35,343 bases of DNA from an uncultured Zetaproteobacteria bacterium. GTDB lineage: Bacteria > Pseudomonadota > Zetaproteobacteria > Mariprofundales > Mariprofundaceae. The DNA lies in the NCBI GenBank assembly GCA_964505995.1, contig CAZDLB010000003.1, positions 1,735 through 37,077 of the forward strand, read 5' to 3'. The notes under the pieces are model-generated. The model did not search any database, was not told the origin of the DNA, and saw only the letters and a program-made list of their open reading frames with translations. Position numbers and translations under genes: made by a program. The first letter of the stretch is position 1. Each line of letters opens with the position of its first letter. Positions 26,824-35,343 of the stretch are shown piece by piece.

Positions 26824-27014
26824 GGCCTGTTCACACAGGCCATCAAGGCCGCAGTAGTGATGAGGACGGGAATGCGCGGATTTCCATCGGGGCCAGAGGC
26901 AAGCAAACCAAAATGCCTCATGCAAAGGCCGGATATATGTGTGCAACCGATCTTTCAGACCATCACTTCAGCCCTTGCAACGCGGGGCGGACCATATATG
27001 TGAACAGGCCCTAG
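26820..27014. mobile_element. MITE-like element: 187-bp body (26824-27010) with perfect 12-bp terminal inverted repeats, flanked by CTAG on both sides.
   Basis: CTAGGGCCTGTTCACA (26820-26835) is the exact reverse complement of TGTGAACAGGCCCTAG (26999-27014). The interior is more AT-rich and non-coding. A subterminal direct repeat ATATATGTG occurs at 26933 and 26994. Confidence 0.4.
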
Positions 27015-28399
27015 TGCATCTCCGGCTGGCGGGCCAGCCATCCCTCGATCAGCTGGCGAATCTCTTGCAGACGTTCCGGCGTGTCGGCTTCGAAACGGAG
27101 CACGAGGGCCGGCTGGGTGTTCGAGGCGCGGATCAGCCCCCAGCCGTCCGCAAAGCGGATACGCACGCCGTCGATGGCGATGATTTCCAGGCCCAGACTC
27201 GCAAAATATTCCCTTGCCCGCTCAATCAGCCCGAACTTTTTCCCATCGGCACAGGGGATGCGGATCTCGGGGGTGGCAAAGGCGGGTTCGACATCGGCAA
27301 GCAGCGAGGATAGCGGGGCATTGGCATCGGCCAGGATCTGCATCAGCCGGGCTCCGGCGTAGGTCGCATCATCGAAGCCGTAGAACCGGTCGGCGAAGAA
27401 CATGTGACCGGACATCTCGCCGGCCAGAAGCGCGCCGGTCTCGCGCATCCTTGCCTTGATCGGGGAATGGCCGGTGCGCCACATCAGCGCCTGACCGCCG
27501 GCCTTCCCGATTTCCCGATAAAGGCGTTCGGAGGCCTTGACCTCGGAGATGATCGTGGCGCCGGGATGCTCCCTAAGAAGCTGCCGCGCCAGGATCAGCA
27601 ACAGCATGTCCCCGGCGATGATGTCTCCACGCTCATCCACGACACCGATGCGATCGCCATCGCCGTCGAAGGCGATGCCGAGATCGGCCCGTTCGTCACG
27701 GACGCGATCGGCCAGATCCCGCAGGTTGGCCGCAATGGTCGGGTCGGGATGATGGTTGGGGAAGGAGCCGTCCGGCTCGCAGTAAAGCTCGATGACCTCG
27801 CATCCGAGCCGGCGATAGAGTGGTCCGGCGATCAGGCCCGAGGGTCCGTTGCCGGCGTCGATGACGACCTTCAGCGGGCGCGAAAGCGGGCAGTCGCGGA
27901 CGACGAACTCGATATATTCGGCGTCGATGCGATGGGATCGGATCTTTCCCTTTCGGGATGAGGGCGCAGATTCCGTCTGCATTTGCCGTTTCAGCTTCTG
28001 AATATCGCTGCCATGCAGGCTTTCGCGGCCGATCATCATCTTGAAGCCGTTGTATTCGCCGGGGTTGTGGCTGGCGGTGACCTGCAGGCTGCCGGCCGTG
28101 TCCAGCGCGAAGACGGAAAAATAGGCCAGCGGGGTCGGCGTGATGCCGATATCGATGATGTCCCGGCCCGCATCGGCGAGCCCCTGCATCGTGGCCTGCT
28201 GCAGTTCGGGCCCGGAAAGGCGCACGTCGCGCCCGACGCTGACCGGCCGGGCATCCTCTGCGGGCAGCATGGCGGCAAAGGCGCGGCCGAGCCGGTAGGC
28301 CAGCGCGGCATCGATATCGAGGCCGACAATGCCGCGCACGTCGTATTCGCGGAAGATATGGTCTGGAAAGCCGGGCATGCGTCTCCTGTTTGGCGTCAA
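27011..28399 (-). CDS. algC: Phosphomannomutase/phosphoglucomutase.
   Basis: 462 aa. It has IFREYDVRGIV, the active-site TASHNPGEYNGFK, the metal site FDGDGDR, and GEMSGHMFF. It is nearly colinear with Pseudomonas AlgC as I recall it. Confidence 0.9.
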   Translation of the reverse strand: MTPNRRRMPGFPDHIFREYDVRGIVGLDIDAALAYRLGRAFAAMLPAEDARPVSVGRDVRLSGPELQQATMQGLADAGRDIIDIGITPTPLAYFSVFALDTAGSLQVTASHNPGEYNGFKMMIGRESLHGSDIQKLKRQMQTESAPSSRKGKIRSHRIDAEYIEFVVRDCPLSRPLKVVIDAGNGPSGLIAGPLYRRLGCEVIELYCEPDGSFPNHHPDPTIAANLRDLADRVRDERADLGIAFDGDGDRIGVVDERGDIIAGDMLLLILARQLLREHPGATIISEVKASERLYREIGKAGGQALMWRTGHSPIKARMRETGALLAGEMSGHMFFADRFYGFDDATYAGARLMQILADANAPLSSLLADVEPAFATPEIRIPCADGKKFGLIERAREYFASLGLEIIAIDGVRIRFADGWGLIRASNTQPALVLRFEADTPERLQEIRQLIEGWLARQPEMH

Positions 28400-28467
28400 C
28401 AGACGGGGTGGGGCGATGGTAATGCCCGGGCTTGCGCTGCGAAAGCCCGGGCCTAGTCTGCGGGCGC

Positions 28468-30444
28468 ATGAGCAGCTCCGGCAGCAGTCCAGACGCCCAG
28501 CATTTCCAGCTCAATGAACAGCAATATCGCGCGGTCTTCCATCGTGGCGGCCCGTTGCTGGTGCTGGCCGGAGCCGGATCGGGCAAGACGCGGGTGATCA
28601 CCGAGCGCATTGCGGCCCTCGTGGAGCGCGATGTGCCGGAGGAATCGATCACGGCGGTGACCTTCACCAACAAGGCGGCGCGCGAGATGCGCGAAAGGCT
28701 TGCCTTGCGCCTGGGCGATCGGGCCACGGCGCTGCGGATCTGCACCTTTCATGCCTTGGGTCTGATGATGGTGCGCGAGCACGCCGAGCTGCTCGGGCGC
28801 AGGAACCAGGTGTCGGTGTTTGCCGGAGCGGAACAGAAATCGGCCATGCGTTCGGTGCTGGCCGACATGAAGCTTCCGGCGGATGCCGACCAGGTGGATC
28901 GGACGCTGCAGCGGGTGTCGCTGCTGAAGAATGGACTGCTGGAGGGTGGCGACGGCTCGCTGTCCCGGATCCGCGAGCGCTATGATGCGCTGCTTGCGCG
29001 CATGAATGCGGTGGATTTCGACGATCTGATGCTGCTGCCGATCCGGCTGCTGCGCGAGCATGAGGATGTGCGGGCGCTGTGGCGTGAACGCACGCGTCAT
29101 TTTCTCGTGGACGAATACCAGGATTCCTCGCGCGTTCAGTATGAACTGATTCGCCTGCTGGTGCCCGAAGACGGCAATCTGACGGTCGTGGGCGACGATG
29201 ATCAGTCGATCTATGGCTGGCGCGGCGCCGAGGTGAAGAATCTGTTTCAGCTCGAGCGCGATTACCCGGGCCTGACCGTCATCCGGCTGGAGGAAAACTA
29301 CCGCTCCACCGGCGCCATCCTGCAGGCCTCGAATTCGCTGATTGCGAAGAATCGCGAGCGCATGGGCAAGACGCTGCGTTCCAATCTGGGGCCGGGCAAG
29401 CCGGTCCGGGTCTGGGAATCGCCGAATCCGGAGGAGGAGGCCCGCCGTGTGGCCGGTGACATCCGCGCCCGGCATGCGACCAGCGATTGCCGCTGGGATG
29501 CGTTCTGTGTCCTCTATCGCGCCTCGTTCCAGGCGCGGGCCGTGGAACTGGCGCTGCGCGAGGCCGGGATTCCGTATCATGTCAGCGGAGGACTGTCCTT
29601 CTTCGATCGCGCCGAGATCCAGGACCTGCTCGCCTATCTGAGGCTGATCGCGAATCCCGATGATGACATGGCCTTCATGCGCGCCATTGCACGCCCGAGA
29701 CGCGGCATTGGCGACAGGGCTCTGGGCGAGCTCGGGGATTTCGCGATGCTGCACCGCATCTCGCTGCTGGAAGCCTGCAGGCATGGGGAACTTGAACATC
29801 GCCGGAGCGAGAGCCTGCGGCAGTTCGGTGAACTGATCACGGCGCTGGAGTTCCAGTTCCAGCATGGTGAGCCCGATGAGGCCTTTGATGCGGTACTGGA
29901 TCTGACGGGGCTTGAGGCCGCGATCCGGGCTGCGGCCCGGGATGAGGAGGAGGCTGAACGGCGCATGGGCAATGTTCAGGAACTCCGGCGCTGGTGGATG
30001 CTGCATGCCGAACAGGGCGGCAAACTCGCCGAGTTCCTGCAGCATCTTTTCCTGCTGGCCGATCGCGACGAGGACGATCCCGGGGCCTGCGTGCGACTGA
30101 TGACGGTGCATGCGGCCAAGGGGCTGGAGTTTGATCATGTCTATGTCATCGGCATGGAGGATGGCGTGTTTCCGCATCAGAACGCGCTGGCCGAGAATCG
30201 CATGGAAGAGGAGCGCCGGCTGATGTATGTGGCGATGACGCGGGCCCGTTATCAGCTCACGCTCAGCTATGCGCGCGTGCGCACCCGTTTCGGCCAGAAG
30301 GAGAAGACCGCACCTTCGCCGTTCCTGCATGAGGCTGACCAGTCGGTACTGCGCTGGGTGGATCGGGATACCGACAGCGAGGAGGCCAGGCAGGAGGCCC
30401 TGGACCACATGGCGGCCATGCGCCGGGCACTGGGGATCGGCTGA
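28468..30444 (+). CDS. rep: UvrD/Rep-family superfamily-1 DNA helicase (Rep-like in length).
   Basis: LNEQQYRAVFHRGGPLLVLAGAGSGKTRVITERIA, TFTNKAAREMRERL, DEYQDSS and VMTVHAAKGLEFDHVYV-type motifs are present. The start is set at the internal ATG 28468. Assigning it to Rep rather than UvrD is tentative. Confidence 0.8.
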   Translation: MSSSGSSPDAQHFQLNEQQYRAVFHRGGPLLVLAGAGSGKTRVITERIAALVERDVPEESITAVTFTNKAAREMRERLALRLGDRATALRICTFHALGLMMVREHAELLGRRNQVSVFAGAEQKSAMRSVLADMKLPADADQVDRTLQRVSLLKNGLLEGGDGSLSRIRERYDALLARMNAVDFDDLMLLPIRLLREHEDVRALWRERTRHFLVDEYQDSSRVQYELIRLLVPEDGNLTVVGDDDQSIYGWRGAEVKNLFQLERDYPGLTVIRLEENYRSTGAILQASNSLIAKNRERMGKTLRSNLGPGKPVRVWESPNPEEEARRVAGDIRARHATSDCRWDAFCVLYRASFQARAVELALREAGIPYHVSGGLSFFDRAEIQDLLAYLRLIANPDDDMAFMRAIARPRRGIGDRALGELGDFAMLHRISLLEACRHGELEHRRSESLRQFGELITALEFQFQHGEPDEAFDAVLDLTGLEAAIRAAARDEEEAERRMGNVQELRRWWMLHAEQGGKLAEFLQHLFLLADRDEDDPGACVRLMTVHAAKGLEFDHVYVIGMEDGVFPHQNALAENRMEEERRLMYVAMTRARYQLTLSYARVRTRFGQKEKTAPSPFLHEADQSVLRWVDRDTDSEEARQEALDHMAAMRRALGIG

Positions 30445-30569
30445 CGGCCGCATCGCGAAAAAACCCGACGAATGCTTTGCCCTGACTGCTCCCCGGCGCT
30501 AGTGTGCAGGGCCTTTTCACGATGCCTGATCGGATCGCGGGTTTCACCGGATTGACTGGAGGATGAGAG

Positions 30570-32360
<1,791 letters not shown>

Positions 32361-32403
32361 GGCTGCTGACGGCGATTTGACTTTTCGGCCTCAGGGACGG
32401 AAC

Positions 32404-32700
32404 ATGCAAGGCATGCGAATCTGGATTGCGTTTCTGCTTCTGGCCCTGAGTTCGTGCATGCATCAGCCGCCGGCTCAGGAGATGGCCGATGCCCGCGCCG
32501 CGGTCAAGGCGGCCAGGGAGCTGCCCGGTGAATCGGTGGCCGCGGAAAGACACCTGCAGAGTGCGGAACGGGCTCTGGAAGAGGCCTCCGAGGCCATGCG
32601 GCAGGCCCGTTACGAGAAGGCCCGACATCAGGCGCTGAAGGCGCGGCGTGAAGCGCAGAGGGCGGCGCGTATCAAGCAGCATCCCGAAAGTTCACAGTAA
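32404..32700 (+). CDS. DUF4398-family lipoprotein.
   Basis: From the internal ATG 32404: [17 protein letters not shown]|C lipobox, followed by a helical A/E/R-rich domain ([41 protein letters not shown]). Confidence 0.7.
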   Translation: MQGMRIWIAFLLLALSSCMHQPPAQEMADARAAVKAARELPGESVAAERHLQSAERALEEASEAMRQARYEKARHQALKARREAQRAARIKQHPESSQ

Positions 32701-32714
32701 ACGGAGTTGGAACC

Positions 32715-34454
<1,740 letters not shown>

Positions 34455-34456
34455 GG

Positions 34457-35188
34457 ATGCGGCTGACGGGCCTTGCGCTCCTGGCTGTCCTGACGCTGCC
34501 TCAGACGGCCAGCGCCGGCTTTCTCGATGACCTGTTGCAGGGTGCGGGCCAGGCGCTTGAGGAGCGGGGCTACGGGGTTTCGGGGCTCAGCAGCTCGGAG
34601 ATTGCCCAGGGCCTGAAACAGGCGCTGGAGAAGGGGACGGAGCGCTCGGTGCGCCGGACGGGTCGAGTGGATGGCTACTGGAAGAATCCGCGGATCCGCA
34701 TCCCGTTGCCCGAATCCTGGCAGAGACCGGCCAGCCTGCTGCGCCAGGCGGGCCTGGGGTCCTATGCCGATCGCCTGCAGCAGCGAATCAATCGCGCCGC
34801 GGAGAAGGCAGCGCCGCTGGCCAAGCCGATCTTCCTTGATGCGATCCGGCAGATGCGCTTTGCCGATGTGAAGCGCATCTGGAAGGGCGGCGACCATGCG
34901 GCCACCGACTATTTCCGCAACAGGACCGAGTCGCGGCTTGCCGAAGCCTTTCGTCCCGTCGTGCACAGGGAGCTGGAGCGATCCGGCGCGGTCCGCGCAT
35001 GGCGGGATTTTTCCAGCCGCTATGCCTCGCTGCCGCTGATCGGCGGCTATCTGAAGGATGATCTCGATGCCTACGCCACGCGCATGGCGCTATCGGGCCT
35101 GTTCACCATTCTGGCCGATGAGGAGGCGAAGATTCGCCATGATCCCGCAGCCCGAACCACGGAATTGCTGCGACGGGTGTTCCGCTGA
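34457..35188 (+). CDS. Secreted DUF4197-family protein.
   Basis: From the internal ATG 34457: signal peptide MRLTGLALLAVLTLPQTASA. Then LSSSEIAQGLKQALEKGTERSV, NPRIRIPLPES, GGDHAATDYFR and ILADEEAKIRHDPAARTTELLRRVF, which are characteristic of DUF4197. Confidence 0.75.
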   Translation: MRLTGLALLAVLTLPQTASAGFLDDLLQGAGQALEERGYGVSGLSSSEIAQGLKQALEKGTERSVRRTGRVDGYWKNPRIRIPLPESWQRPASLLRQAGLGSYADRLQQRINRAAEKAAPLAKPIFLDAIRQMRFADVKRIWKGGDHAATDYFRNRTESRLAEAFRPVVHRELERSGAVRAWRDFSSRYASLPLIGGYLKDDLDAYATRMALSGLFTILADEEAKIRHDPAARTTELLRRVFR

Positions 35189-35343
35189 CTAAGTCTTGCT
35201 GAAATCGAATCCGCCGGTGGTTGTCTCCAGTTCCTTGGGCCGGACGACCTGGCAGATGGTGAAATTGACCCCGGACCGGATGATGCGACTGACCTTCAGG
35301 TGAATGCGTTCGCCTTCGTGGGCGATCGCGAAGGTCATGTTCC
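35189..35343 (-). CDS. Partial CDS (3' end only), unknown function.
   Basis: Manual reverse-complement translation is open from the window edge to TAG (complement of 35189-35191): ..NMTFAIAHEGERIHLKVSRIIRSGVNFTICQVVRPKELETTTGGFDFSKT*. No family was recognised. Confidence 0.3.
   Translation of the reverse strand, partial: NMTFAIAHEGERIHLKVSRIIRSGVNFTICQVVRPKELETTTGGFDFSKT

Noticed and set aside
27696-28745. 349-aa minus-strand ORF spanning the algC 5' half and the rep-like gene start.
   Set aside because: It is out of frame with algC and antisense to the helicase. The Arg/Pro/Ala-rich composition is typical of GC-rich non-coding frames.
30478-30516. Possible terminator after the rep-like gene (GCCCTG...CAGGGC followed by CTTTT).
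   Set aside because: The stem is only 6 bp with a ~22-nt loop, which is too weak to call without transcript data.

Overview
This is a high-GC proteobacterial chromosomal segment. Hand counts of 60-nt lines in typical coding DNA give about 57-72% GC. About 36 protein genes can be supported, and most are housekeeping genes in well-known syntenies. On the minus strand: tgt-yajC-secD-secF, then an Mth938/DUF498 gene and queD. On the plus strand: yfhL-gmk, rpoZ-spoT-ridA, recG, rep-like helicase, aspS and icd. A late flagellar operon is present (fliC-flaG-fliD-fliS-fliT-like). No rRNA, tRNA, CRISPR array, integrase or transposase gene was found. Seven things are not ordinary. (1) A ~1.7 kb low-GC island between tgt and a Na+/alanine symporter gene carries one orphan lipoprotein. 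(2) A TPR+sulfotransferase fusion gene sits directly upstream of a minimal flagellin with a Ser/Thr/Gly-rich centre, which may be a flagellin-modification module. (3) A 187-bp element bounded by perfect 12-bp terminal inverted repeats and CTAG duplications lies exactly between the stop codons of the convergent fliT-like and algC genes (MITE-like). (4) Isocitrate dehydrogenase is fused in frame to a 162-aa four-Cys zinc-ribbon (DUF1451-like) module. (5) A GT2 / GT-C (ArnT/PMT-like) / flippase-like trio is wedged into the normally contiguous gmk-rpoZ junction. (6) The FliD cap protein is oversized (781 aa) next to a 287-aa flagellin. (7) A short four-Cys ribosomal protein L28 gene stands alone. 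All functional calls rest on my recognition of motifs in the supplied translations. No database search was run.
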